A DNA stretch of 62,703 bases, filler included, from Choristocarpus tenellus KU-1152 (Eukaryota > Protista > Phaeophyceae): NCBI GenBank assembly GCA_964200185.2. It is 8 parts of 8 records of this genome, joined end to end, with 100 filler letters (N's around TTAATTAATTAA, not from the genome) between each part and the next. Parts side by side here need not be neighbours in the genome. Positions count along the whole stretch, not along the records: positions 37,773 to 42,321 come from CAXNAD020014043.1; positions 42,422 to 46,250 come from CAXNAD020017693.1; positions 46,351 to 52,727 come from CAXNAD020008268.1; 5 more parts are not named here. The stretch is one strand, 5' to 3'. This document shows, in pieces, positions 37,773 to 50,229 of the stretch (position 1 is the stretch's first letter; each line of letters opens with the position of its first letter). The position numbers were made by a program, and so were the translations under genes. The notes under the pieces are model-generated. The model ran no database searches. It was not told where the DNA came from and saw nothing but the letters and a program-made list of their open reading frames with translations.

Positions 37773-40700
37773 CCCTCGCCTCTATAGCAGACCGTAGAAC
37801 TGTCAAGACCTTGGTAGGAATCTTCTTGCCGTTCCCAACAAGTTTCTCGCAAGTCGAAACAATACCCGCCATGGGTTCCCAGCTTACATCTTTAACCCGC
37901 TTCTGTTTCCCAGTTCGCCTGGATCTATCACCAGCGTGTATGTAGCCTTTGACAAAACTACTTTTCCTGTACTTATCAAGGGTCATAAACGCGGCGTTGT
38001 CACGTGTGTGGTCACTGATCGGCCGAAGCCAGTTAAGATCCACCCCACGCTCCCCGTCATCGCCAACGCGCTCCGCTAGGATCTTGCAGACCAAGAGCGG
38101 CACCTCCGTTGCCATAAAAAAGGCAAACCTGCCTTCCTGCATGGAGAGGAGGTTTCCATCGTTCCCCGATGTCAAGGTAGCACGAGGCCAACCCCGTCGA
38201 CGGAAGCTCTTCCGTGTCACTGTTCGATGAGGAAGAGTCTGTTTCCTCGAGCCCACCGAGATCATTGTCACCACTGACGAGATTACCTCCTCCACCCGAA
38301 CGTTTGCCCTCGTCGGTGTCTTCGATGTTGCTGGTACCAGTTCCTGCGCCATCATCATCGGTGGGAAGCCAATGGACTGGGAGGTCGAACTCTCGTTCCC
38401 CTGTCTTTTTGAGAAGCCGCACAGACTCGCTTTGATCGTGTTTCGCTCTCTCGAACAGCTTCATTGTCTGCGAAGGTGGAATCCATGGGCACGAGAACAT
38501 CAACGGTATGGAAGCATCAATGCTACTTTGTAGTCAGGCATGAGGTTGCACGAATGCGCTCGGGGAGCATGCAGTGAGAGGGAGGGTGTAGATTTCGTCG
38601 GATTCGTCGCTGTTGACAACAAGACCAGTACCCTCAAAACATTTATCGGGGATAATCTATAGTACTTTTTTTATTGTGACATGCGACGATCACTACGCAT
38701 GAGAATGGAATATTTTTCAAGATTGTTTTTGTAAAGGCTGTATGTAAAGGCTGCCTCGTCCTCGTACAGAAGTTGCACCAGATTTTTTTTTAATTGGCCA
38801 TCAACTCCCCTCACGAAAAAATCGACTTTCCCAGTGGATACGCAGCAGCGAGGCGCTCGTGCGACGCCTGGTACCGCTACTCCACCTTCAGGATGACGCC
38901 TTCGGGAACGGTCTTGAGCCGGTAGGGTGGTGCATCTTGGAGACGAGGCAGGTGGCCGATGAAGAGGTCGTGCGGAGGGGCGTTGGGGTCGATAGCAACG
39001 TCTCCACCTATCTCACTCCATGCGGTGCTGCGCAAGTATTGCTTTACGCTAACCTTAACCCGCCCATCACCGCCTTTTTCAACGCGGAAAGCCCTGTAGC
39101 TCATGATATTGGGAACACGGTTGGCGCGATCTCGAAGGAGTCCCTTAAAGTTGCCCTCGTTCCGTAGGGTCTTCGAGTAGACTGGAATCTCCGTGTTAGA
39201 GGCCTGCAGCTCTTCACCCAGCTGTGTTCTTGTGAATATGTTCTTCCATTTTATACCATGTGAGAACCTGAAGGTGAAATACAAGCAAGTTAATTTTGAG
39301 GCGGGGGAGCGAAAGAAACGAAGTGGAGAAGCAAGATATATATGCAGTCACATGCTCTGATGCATGTATATGGAAGTATACATATAAAAAGGGGTGATGT
39401 GTACATATTTTTATTGTTTTGTTTCGAGACTAGGTTACAGTACAGTTTTGCCAGCTGCTCTTATCGTGCAATTTTGTTGTGGGGAAATCAAAAGTCAATC
39501 AAACAATTGCAGTGTATGACCATAAACCTTCCAGAGACGCAACAAGCGTGAACTGCAAGCCTCAAAACAGTATCTGTCCGTGTAAAAACACCATGTGACT
39601 ATCGCACTTATATATCTTGCCTAATTACCTGGAGAAGATCTGATCGATTTTGATGTGCATGTGCCCCACCATCATAAAATGTATCTCGAGCACACGAATG
39701 ACACTCGCCCCGACCAACAGCCCCGCATATCCGAGAGAGAAATTGTTCTTGTTCTCTGAGACGCAGTTGTCGACCTGGCCAGTTTGGGGAGTTGGGAGCG
39801 AGGGAGGGATATGCGTGAGGCCGATATGTCAGCCCATTTCACCACGTTTCGTGGAGGAACAGGGCATGTTTCCAGTAGTGCTAGAGCGCAAGACCTACAT
39901 CACCGTCATCATACATGCAGGTTGCAACACACAAACCAAAACTAAAGACCGTGCAGTTAGTTACTTGGTGACCGGTATTTGGCGAGTATGTGTTGAGTAG
40001 GTCGTGTCAAGATGAAACTTTCTTACCTGCCAATGTGCGTGCTGGATGATGCAACCCCCCGCGTGATCAAGGTTGTTGTGGTACTTGTCGATAAGCCTTG
40101 TGAGGGCAAGGTGGGTGGCTGTGCAGACAAGGTTACAACCTGCGTGAACGATGATGTCTGTCGTTAGTTGGCAAATAGTACTTTGCTTACTTACGCATTG
40201 TTCAAATGGAGCTAAAAAGAGGGGTAATGGAATGTGTTTTTGCGATGTAAAGCACATACACCCGACTGGCTGATATACACGTCTGTGTGGGTTTTCCTCC
40301 TCCTTGATTAGCTCTTACGCTCCTCTTGCCCTTCCGAAGCTGAGGCGTACAAGGGCAGGGGAGCACAGCGCATCATCAGTTAATCGACTGTTCACCAGGC
40401 CTGAGGTATCTGTAGGCAAATCGTGTAAGGATATAGTCATCCTTGGGTATCTAACCTGCGGCGGGTCCACTCGCCATGACGGTAAATGAAGTGGTGTGTG
40501 CGCAACCAGCATCTATTCAGTCGTGTGATTGTTGAGCCACAACCTACAATACGTCCCTCCTCCAAGATTGATCGGAGTGAAGAACACCTCCGCGAACTGG
40601 CCTTCGACGTGTGCGGCCATGATCTTCTGGCACTCAGAGTAGCCCCTGATAAGAAGGACATGAACCAAAGAAACAACGTGTAAGGAAAGGTGTTACGGTG

Positions 40701-41751
40701 CGTCCTCATCATGATGAACGGAATAGGTAGTGGAATTATGTGCGTCTGCTTTGGAGGTTACTTCTTGTGGTTCATGCACTCATTCGTAGAATAAAACAGG
40801 GTCGCCTATTCTGTTCTGCGTGCGGCTGCAAACTTGTTGACAGATGGACTATGCGTGCGTGTGGTTACCTGTCACTGCCGTGGGTAGGTAGGTAAAGTGC
40901 AGGGAGGGCGTGTGATGTCTGGTTCGCCGCGTCTACAGACATGAACATGAAGCCAAGAGGTTTGCCGTCGGCTTTGGCCCGCATGGTGCTGCTGGTGCTG
41001 TTGGCGATGACCAGCCGATCCGCTTGGATAATCTGGCGAACGGGGGAGAGAAACATCACAGAGGTAAATCAAATAAACCTGCTTAGAGTTGTAAAAAAAG
41101 GGCCACTTGTTAACACGTATCAGGTTAGTAACAGAAATCGAGTGTATGTAACAAAAAATGTTTGTCTTTGATCTTGTTTTTTATTGCTGCATTCAAGGCA
41201 AACACAGTATTATCGGGAGGGTAACAAGTACGTACGTACGGGGCCGGAAGACTGCTACATGACCTGTCCCTCCCACAGCCCGTTGTAGACGACCAGGAAG
41301 CAGTCTATCATACAAGGTGTTTGGGCAACTAATAACAATATTTTTGCGCTGAGTGAGGCTGCTGCTGCTGCCATAAGCACCTGCATCGGAGTCTTCATTC
41401 GCAAAAGGCAACAGATGTTGTTCCCAATGGAGGGCAATGACGGCGACATATTGCCACTGTACGCTTGTCGCAAAATTAACGCTGGACACCTACCTTTCGA
41501 TGGTCTGACAGCTCCTTGTCGATGGACTCGAGGACAGTGGAGTCGTTCGTGGGTTCTACACGAGGCGCACCGTGCCACTTCTCTTTTAACGTGACACATA
41601 TGTCACATTTCATAAATTCGCGTCCTACCCTCACCCTGATGTTGGGCCTGTCCTCTCTGAGCAATCGGAGGAAGTGCGCCTTGCTTACCCGCTTGGAAGT
41701 GTCGTCAGGATACAACCGTATTGCCTCCTTGCAAAAATCCTTGTATAGCTC
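37773..41751 (-). pseudogene. Decayed intron-containing DDD transposase-like gene (DUF7869 / Sola-like)
   Basis: Phase-consistent exons 41751-41494, 41032-40869, 40645-40557, 40139-40027, 39774-39629, 39267->~38800 and ~38468-37773. They encode FMKCDIC, FMSVDAANQ, WQ|VDNCVSENKNN and FMMVGHMHIKIDQIFSR|F, matching the QxDNCxxENKN...GHTHxxIDQxFS signature. Lesions: donor GGACGT at 40556, in-frame TAG at 38879-38877, frameshift near 38165. Confidence 0.8.
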
Positions 41752-42279
41752 CTAGTTAATAATGTTGGTTGTGTGGGCAAGTGAGGAGTTATTGAGAAGG
41801 AACACTCGAAGAACACCGCTGCAAGATCTCTTGAAGGCGGGCTGGACAATAACTTGACTGAGAACACGAAAGACAGGACCAAGCAAGCTTACATCGAGCG
41901 TTACGAAAGGTCAAATACAATGATCTTCGTAAGTCTGCCAAGGGCGTCATTCTGTTCGGGCCTCGCTGTCGTTTGCAGAAACGGTAAAGGAGGCGAATCT
42001 ACCATCATCATCATCATCATCGCGAAGCGCTTTAGACATATGAAGTACACACTTTTACTACTAATGTCAGACCAGGCCGGGGCCGCAGAGTAGGTGTACA
42101 CAACGATGAAATAACAGTTATTGTGCCTTCCTTTGTAAAAGCGACGAAGAGTATCATCATTATCATTGTAGTCCCAACATAAGCAAACAAAAAAAAATGG
42201 CGCTTCGTACGAATCTTCACATTTTTTTTTAACCATAATCTCAGACCGGTCAAAGTAGTAAACACCCACCACTCGAAAT

Positions 42280-42321
42280 GACTCAAAGTATCTGGGAGGG
42301 GGTGGCGGCTGTCCTTTTGGG
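42280..42321. mobile_element. Family-B-like TIR end running into a gap
   Basis: GACTCAAAGTATCTGGGAGGGGGTGGCGGCTGTCCTTTTGGG. Confidence 0.6.
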
Positions 42322-44095
42322 NNNNNNNNNNNNNNNNNNNNNNNNNNNNNNNNNNNNNNNNNNNNTTAATTAATTAANNNNNNNNNNNNNNNNNNNNNNN
42401 NNNNNNNNNNNNNNNNNNNNNCCACTCGAGGAACCGTCCCCCTTGTTGGGAGAAACATCCACACCCTATTGAGGGAGTCACCCCCTGTTTCTTCCATGTA
42501 TTATTAGCAATAATTGGCCTGACTGGTTTGTCATTTTTGGGGTCCATGACTGGATCACCCCCCAGTACTCGGGGAACTACCCCCAAGCATTTTCCCACTT
42601 TTCCCAATCAATTTTATTTGTTGTTGGGCCACCGATTTCTCAACTAAGTGGGTCAAGTGGAGGAGGGCCAACTTGGGCAAGCCATTCATCTTTAGTGTAG
42701 TGACACATATTCAAACACACTGCACTTATAAATAAGTAGACGAATTAACCCCCCTGTACATATATGAGGAAAACAATTCAATGTAGCAGAATGTCACACA
42801 TTATGGGTACACTTGCTGCATGATCCCCCGCACAATTTTGATACAAGGATGTAGTGATCCCCCCACATGTTCCAAGTTATCCAATCCCTATCTATTTTTG
42901 AGAAGCAGCATTGTGTGGTTAATGACCTGTTTGTTTTCCAACAGCATTTACAACAGTGTGCGATGATGCCAGATGTGTCACTACACAGGACGTTGTGCTG
43001 TTGCATGAGGCAAAACTGGAGTAAAGAGATGCACCTGTTTCATCAGGCAGGAAATGAATTGTGTGTAGTATTGCACATTCACATGTTCGACGTACTTCGT
43101 AACACATTGTACACATGGGAAGCACTTTTGACAGTCTGCTTCACTGAAATGTTTTCCTCATACACATGCAGGGGTCAATTCGGCTACCAGTATTCAACAT
43201 ATTTCTAGTATATTTGACTATGTACAACTAGACTGCATAAAGAATGAGCTGGCGAAGCTCTGCCTCCTCCACTTGGTACACTCAGTTGAGAAAGATAGAT
43301 GGTTGGGAAAAGTGGGATTCATTCCTGGTGAAGCGTGTGGGGTTGTTCCCTGAGTAGTAGTTGTACTTCACGAACGAGTCCAAGCATGACAAATCGGTCG
43401 GTTAATCAAAAACATACGGAAGAAATAGGTAGGAACTTCCTCAATAGGGTGGATGCTTCTCCTCACAGGGGGGGTGACTCCCTTGGTGGTTGTTGTACAC
43501 CCCTTCCTACAAGATTCTGGTGGTGATGCGGCAAATGGTCCAGATGGGGTGGTTGGTTGGATTATATGTAAACTCGTGCTTTGAGCAGATGCTATTGGTA
43601 GCACTATTGTCTAACTTGGACAAAGCCCACTACATATCGCGAATAATTTGTCTTCCAAAGTGAGAATATCCCTTGTTCTGAAATTTCCAAGGAACTTTCT
43701 TTCTCAGTGTATGGGTTTTTTGGAGGGGTCGTTGACTTCATAATCCCTTATCACAATTACCAGATCCCCTTACCTGGAAGGGGGAACGAGGGAGGGCCAC
43801 TTGGGTGTGTGAGCAGGTGGAACAAAGGTTCATATTCGGTCATGCAATTTTGAAAGTGCGAGTTGAAATCGGTGGGAAGATTATCGGTTTCATATTCTAC
43901 AAGTTAAATATGTAATCGTCAAAGTACTTGATGAATAGAAAATCAAAGAGATAAAATCTCACACGATGTTCAAGGTTAAATTATAAGAGGATATGGTAAG
44001 ATATCACATGCGGGCAGGTAAATACTGGGGTAGTGGAGATGAGGGCAGGATGCCACGCCATGTTTCAACATGGATGCTCAGATTTCAACTACTTG

Positions 44096-46004
44096 ATGAG
44101 GTTACTTTTCTGGTGTGCCTTTCTTGAGCTCCTCACAACACCAGAAGCCGTGGAATTTCATGTCCAATCGCTGTCACCAGGAGGTACAGAGTACCTGGCC
44201 GGATTTGAGTTAGATGGACTCAACCCCGTCATCACGTTCACTATAAGAGATGACTTGCACTCGCTGGCCTCAAATTTTGCAAGAGATTCAGGGCTGTTGA
44301 ATGCCACTGGAGCTGGGTGTCCACTGGGTGCGACGCACTGTGTAGTGGAGAAGGTGCAGGCATCTATTATGCAACAGGTATACGACCGACACTGGAGCTT
44401 CAGCCTATGTTTTGCTCTGATCCTTGCAACCACCCAGACCAAAAGGTACGCTATGCTGAGCGCAATGAACTATTGGTAGACAATAAATCTAATCCCTCCA
44501 CCACTACACACCATGTTTTCCAGCTCGAAGACAAGTTCTTCGCCAATGATGTAGTCACCTGGGCGGCTAACTTCTGTACGAAAGACTTTCACGCATGGAG
44601 GAGACGGTGGAGCCTTCCTCAAATGGATATGGAGGTGACCTTCGACGCAGAAATGGTGGATGGACGAAATATTGTTGCAATAATGCGGCCACTTCTCTTG
44701 TACCAGCACACACTCCAAGGGTAGAAGCATCCCCGTAAGTTCATTTGAGGCTTAAACTTTTTCGACAAACAATTTCCATCTTCACCTATATAGGCTATAC
44801 TTGCCCTAAACATAGTCATGCTAAGTTGCTCATTCATTTATGAAGAAACCTTGGCAAAACTGGTCCACAATCTGTGTGCTTACGATCACTGACAGATTGA
44901 CTTCCCGAGGCAAATGGACACCATTGTTTTCCACCAGCTATATTTTTTCGGTCGCCTTAAATGGAGGGATGGAAGGTACCTGGAAGATAGTTCTGGCACA
45001 GTATGTGCTAGAGCAAGATTAGAAGCATCTCGCAGAGGACAAGAGCACAACAATTTCGCGTTTTTGGGGTGCAAAGAGCAGCGCAAGGGTGGGGACGTTG
45101 TATCATACGAAGTGTTCGAAATCCCTGAAGTCTGGGAGCGTGGCTTGTGGGTATTTGAGCTAGCCTTTATCCCAGATGGTTTCAACTGTGGTTCCCTGAT
45201 ATCAGATATTACTTTGAATATCCAGCGATTCCACGAACCGGGTTCTGCAGTGCTTAGAGGACACAGAAGAATGGTGACAGCTGCATCTTTGTTGCAGAAG
45301 GCACAATTGAGAAGAGAATGTGCTATCCATGCGACTGGGGGACAAGATCAAAATCTACCAGCTCACAAAGCATTGAGAGATGGCAACAGTGATGGGGTGA
45401 AAGAGTCTGATAATGCAGGTACTATCCAGTCAGCTGTCAGGTGGGGAGGGCGCTGCTGTGCATATGTCACTCTCCTCTATACAGATGACTATTTGCCCGG
45501 TGTTGTGGCTCTTGCAGAGAATTTGAGAGCTATATCCTCTCCTCATCCGCTGCTGGTACTTGTTCCAAAGCAGGAGATCCCTGTTCTCTCAGTCTCAACC
45601 CTCAATGCATTGATGCTTGTTGATGTTCAAACTATACCGGTTCCAGTAGAACAGTACTATACATCAGCCAGGAACGGAACAGCCCTGGGGGAGCTGGGGC
45701 TTGGGGTGTGGCTGAAGCTTCACCTTTGGTCACTAGGCGAGGACATAGATTCCATCGTCTTTCTTGATGCTGATGTTGTACTCCTCGACAACATTGATGA
45801 GCTCTTTGAGGTTGAAGGATTTGGAGCTGTTGGGGGAGGAAGGTACTTTGGGGGATCAGTTTTGGTACTTCAACCTTCCGGTGAGGAGCACAGCCACATG
45901 CTAGAGAGTCTGAGAAAGTCAAAAGGCGGGTATATATACGGAGAGCAGGATTTCCTGAACCTGCACTTCGCCGTTGAAAGAACCGTTCTGCCAAACGAGT
46001 ACAG
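44096..46004 (+). CDS. GT8 glycosyltransferase (glycogenin/galactinol-synthase-like) with a long N-terminal extension; partial, 3' exons lost at the gap
   Basis: Exon 44896-46004 carries AYVTLLYTDDYLPGVVAL, KLHLWSL, IVFLDADVVLLDNIDELF (DxD motif) and GEQDFLNLHF...LPNEY, ending at donor CAG|GTGAGT. Probable upstream exons ~44096-44377 (MRLLFWCAFLELLTTPEA, signal-peptide-like) and 44524-~44634; start codon and second donor are uncertain. Confidence 0.8.
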
Positions 46005-46790
46005 GTGAGTTGCCGCTTTTTCATATTCCGAGGTCACAGTGTTTAAAGGGTTCTGTGGGGTGGATGCCAAAAATGGTTAAGAAATGATAAGCAAATGTTA
46101 AAAATCTAGTTTTTTTCTTCTTCCCGATGGCACCACCACAGTCTGTCGTCGTGAGTCATTGAAGACATGGAAAGAACAGAGACTCGCCGTTTGCCGTACA
46201 ATGCCCTGGATCGCCCTTCATCGTGTGTGTGTGTGTGTGTGTGGGGGGGGNNNNNNNNNNNNNNNNNNNNNNNNNNNNNNNNNNNNNNNNNNNNTTAATT
46301 AATTAANNNNNNNNNNNNNNNNNNNNNNNNNNNNNNNNNNNNNNNNNNNNTGGATCATCCGTTGATATATCACATATGGCACGTATGGTAAGTAGATATG
46401 ATTCTCTTATGATTATCCATGTGGACGTTGCAAATCCCACATGGTAGTCTGCACTTGTCTCACCCACGTATTCAGTCAGCGGAATCGAGACCATAAGCCC
46501 TCTTGTAATATAAACGTTGCAGATATACACCAAGCTATTCACTGTCTTTCATCAAAGCACCAAAGACGTGGGTCCAGTGTGGGATACTTCAACATCACAT
46601 TCAGGAGGACTATGTGCTACATACAAGTCTATGTGGTTATGCTGGGCGGCATCCATAACTTTTCTAAAATACCTTCATCCATCGGTACACTCTTAACCCT
46701 AAATCCTTCACATCCTGACAATACATTCTTTCCCGGGTTCTGAACGGAACATGTTCGTTCATCTCTATGTGTAGCTCACTAACGACATAG

Positions 46791-47759
46791 GGTGCAGCAC
46801 TTCGCAAGAATATGCACTGATGTCTTGGCTGGAGTCGAGCTATCCCTCCTCAGAAGGGAGACCCCTCAAGACCATCTCTGGAGCGACATTGTGGAGGCGG
46901 CTGCACACGTCTTCTCCGACGAGGCAGGCAAGAGACTACCGTCAGACACGCCCTCTTTCTTGTAAGTGGTCGGCACGGAGAACTTTCCAGAGGAATGGGT
47001 AAGTCCAGCTTTGATGGTAATGATTCACCTATTGCGTAAATGCATGTGCATCGGGTCGACGCTGACGCAACAAAATTTATTGTCCAGCTTGTGCCTTGCA
47101 AGACAGACACTCATGGTCTACACATAATTTACTTGCCCACTCTCCATGCACTCCTCCATGGCAGTTCTCGACCACTCTAAGGGGCATCAGGAACAAACGA
47201 CCTCGGAGTGACCCAGACGCAGACAAACCCAAGAGGACACGGGGAAAGGGCAAGAAGAACATACAAAAGGAGGGCGCTGCTAACTCTAAGTCTGCCGCCC
47301 AGGCCAAGGAGGAATGGGCATTGCAACCAGCGAAACTAAGAGTTGTGTACTCAAGGAGGATACACCTCAAGGATGTCCTCATCAAAGGGACTATCCTGGA
47401 GGTCGCTGTGCAGGTCATGAACGACCTCAAGAGGAAAGACGAGCTCGGGATCGACCCCAACGCCGAAGACTCCTCCTCCGGGTCTTCAGAAAAACCTGCT
47501 CCAAAGAAACAATACGTACTTTCGGAAAAGGTATCTGAGGGAGTGTCAGGTTTCTCCTCTCGTCTGTCAGTCGTAAAGGCATTCGTACGAAGTCACTTCA
47601 CAACAACTTCTCTGAACCCCAAACATTAACATATAACCCCATAAAATTGGAAGGTGAAAAGGAGCCTCGTGTTGCGGGAGGTGGAGAAGGGTGATCTATT
47701 CCGCGACATTGTCAAATACTCCGAGGGCTTTACCCGGAATGCCAGTGGTGAACACGAAG
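46791..47759 (+). pseudogene. Spliced gene fragment of unknown product, probably degenerate
   Basis: GC-rich exon-like blocks ~46791-46998 (CTAAC branch point, AG...GTAAG, one in-frame TAA), 47165-47530 (basic, NLS-like KRPR...KPKRTRGKGKK) and 47654-47759. No recognisable domain. Confidence 0.45.
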
Positions 47760-48154
47760 GCAAGCAACTAAAACATGTTGCAACATCACAATATGTGCAC
47801 ATCACACACCCTTCCCTAACCCAAACACACGATCTCATCTGTCACACGTTTTACCAACCTTGGGCAATTTCACACGCATAAATTGGTTACCTCCAACTTG
47901 TAGAGTGGTGGGAGAAGGGCGAGGAGTGCCATATCCAATACGCCCATCAATTGAAATAGAGCCCTACTCGTTTCAGATTTTTCTTGAAGTACAGGTCGCG
48001 TTACTTGTGTCTGATTTGGGCCAAACTGTACCTTAGAAGGTGTCCGACAACCATGTTCGTGCAGTGTCAATCCGATGGGTTGAGCATTTCCACAGGGGTA
48101 TCGGATACATGCGGACCAGTCAGAGGTGTCAGTGCATGATATATGATACAGTGT

Positions 48155-49250
48155 TGGTAGTCCAGTCTTGTTTTTTTTTTTAAGGGTTGGCCAACGAGTT
48201 AAACAACGATGAGTATATCAAATAAAAGCTCTGGATCTAAGCTATCACTGGTGCAAAGGATTTTTTTCGGAATTTTTTGGTGAGGTTGGATTTTAGCTGA
48301 ATGGTTTCGGCACAACCTTGGAAATGTTCTGGAATGAATTATCACAACCAAACATATTTTTCCGAAAAAAATTCCTTTGGACCAGTGATAGCTTAGATCC
48401 AGAGCTTTCATTTGACATGCTGATCCTCAACTAACTCGTTGGTTAACCCTTTAAAAAAAATCAACATTGTTAACCGCCACAACAGTACGTGGGCGAAACT
48501 CAGCTTATTGCTGTTTAAGCCACTCACAGGATACTGTGACACACAATGAGCTCCGAGTTGTCACCTGCCCCTCACAGGATACTGTGAATTAAACCCGATA
48601 GAGATGTTCTGGGGGCGGGCGAAGCACTATGTACGAGGCCATTGTGACTACACCTTGCCTGGAATGAGAGCCAACATCCCTGTCAGTCCTAAGGATGAAG
48701 GGGGGGCTGTCCAGAGTAAATTGTGGAAAGGTTCTTCAGGATGAGTATTGCTTACCACCTGATATATTCCAACGAGAAAGGCATGGAGAGCACCAAATAG
48801 GACAGGGTATGCAAGACCTTTAAGTCTCACAGGAGGCCTGCACCTTCAGAATACCTCATTTGACTTAGCATGGATTGTCTGGTTCAGAGGCCTGGGCCCC
48901 AACGAGTGAGTGAGCCTTAGCCAGCAGGTAACAACATTGCATAAACGGGAAATAATGGGAAGATAATGGAGAGACAACAACGCCCATGTTCTCCGGGTGA
49001 AGATGACCTCATCAGGCGTCAAATTCATCGTTAAATGCGCGGTTCGAGCGCGCCGTGCGCGCGGACTACTTGATTTAAGTATGGTCCTGTGTTTCTCACA
49101 ATTATTGTAAGTTGACCAACCGAGACCCATCAAATAAGGTTAAGCATGCTGGTGCGATCACAACAAACTAATTTTATGAAAAAATTCACCCATTGATCAA
49201 AAGTTACGGCACGACAAACTTGATGCAGGAGGCAACTGACAACACTGTAC
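48155..49250. mobile_element. Dispersed repeat family C copy (inverted), interrupted by ~350 bp of extra sequence
   Basis: Hairpin at 48183-48450. Similarity to the 31-kb copy stops at ~48606 (AACCCGATAGAGA) and resumes at ~48962 (AATGGAGAGACAACAA). Confidence 0.8.
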
Positions 49251-50229
49251 TCGTGTTATTCTTCCTCAACACAAAGTGTATCCAATCCAAGGTTCAGACT
49301 GCCAAAATATGTAACATTTTATTATCAACTCTTCTCGTTCTTTTGGTCTAAGTTTCCAAACACTTCACCAAGGCCTGCATTCGACACAATATCTTCTTCC
49401 CGGCCGAAAATTATTCTCCTAACCCTACCTAGCTCCCCTCCACTTCTCATTCTTCCATTCACCATACCAAAACACTATACAGCATCCTTTTCCCGACTAT
49501 GTCTCTCTGGCGAGCCCGTGGCTTCCTCATACCCATAAACACTTACCAAAGTATGGCTTCGGGTCAATATTCAAGGTTCACCTTCCTACCTCCAAATGGC
49601 CTGGATCTAATCCTACCACGTACATACTCCAAGCTTGCAAACTTAACACTTCAACACAACATCAACATTTCTTCTCTTCAACATCACTCTCTAACACAAC
49701 GTAGAGAGGGATCAATCATAACCCTAACTGTGATGCATGGCATAGGATCCAACCATAATCGCATAAATCCTTCTTTGTGGTACCTAACCCGGACACAAAC
49801 TCTAACCCTGCATCCAACCCCAACCTTCCTACAGCGGACAAACCGTTGTTCAACCATTTCCCTGACCCTACCAATTCCTTACAATACCAAACGCGCAGCA
49901 ATCATACTATATCTCATGCTTTGCCCAAGTGTCAATGAACGAGGTTCGATTTCCTCTTGCTTTAAATCTTCAAAGAATATTCCCCAAAGTCCACGTCCGA
50001 CACTCCTAACCACAACATTAACCCTGAGCCTACCACAAACACGTCCCATAAACTCGACGAATGGACTGGATTGCCCCCCCCGCACAATAACACTAACCAT
50101 AAACCTTACCCTGACCCTTACCCCGAGCCTTTCTGCATGCCATGCCAACCTAACATCGCCATGCGTCCTACACAAATTCCGTACCAGTGCCATGGTCGAC
50201 GTTCCTCACCCTAACCTAACCTTAAGTCA

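Noticed and set aside
37565-42321. TIRs at 37565 and 42280 as the ends of the DUF7869 element
   Set aside because: Both point the same direction and a gap separates the first from the transposase; they are left ends of separate insertions.
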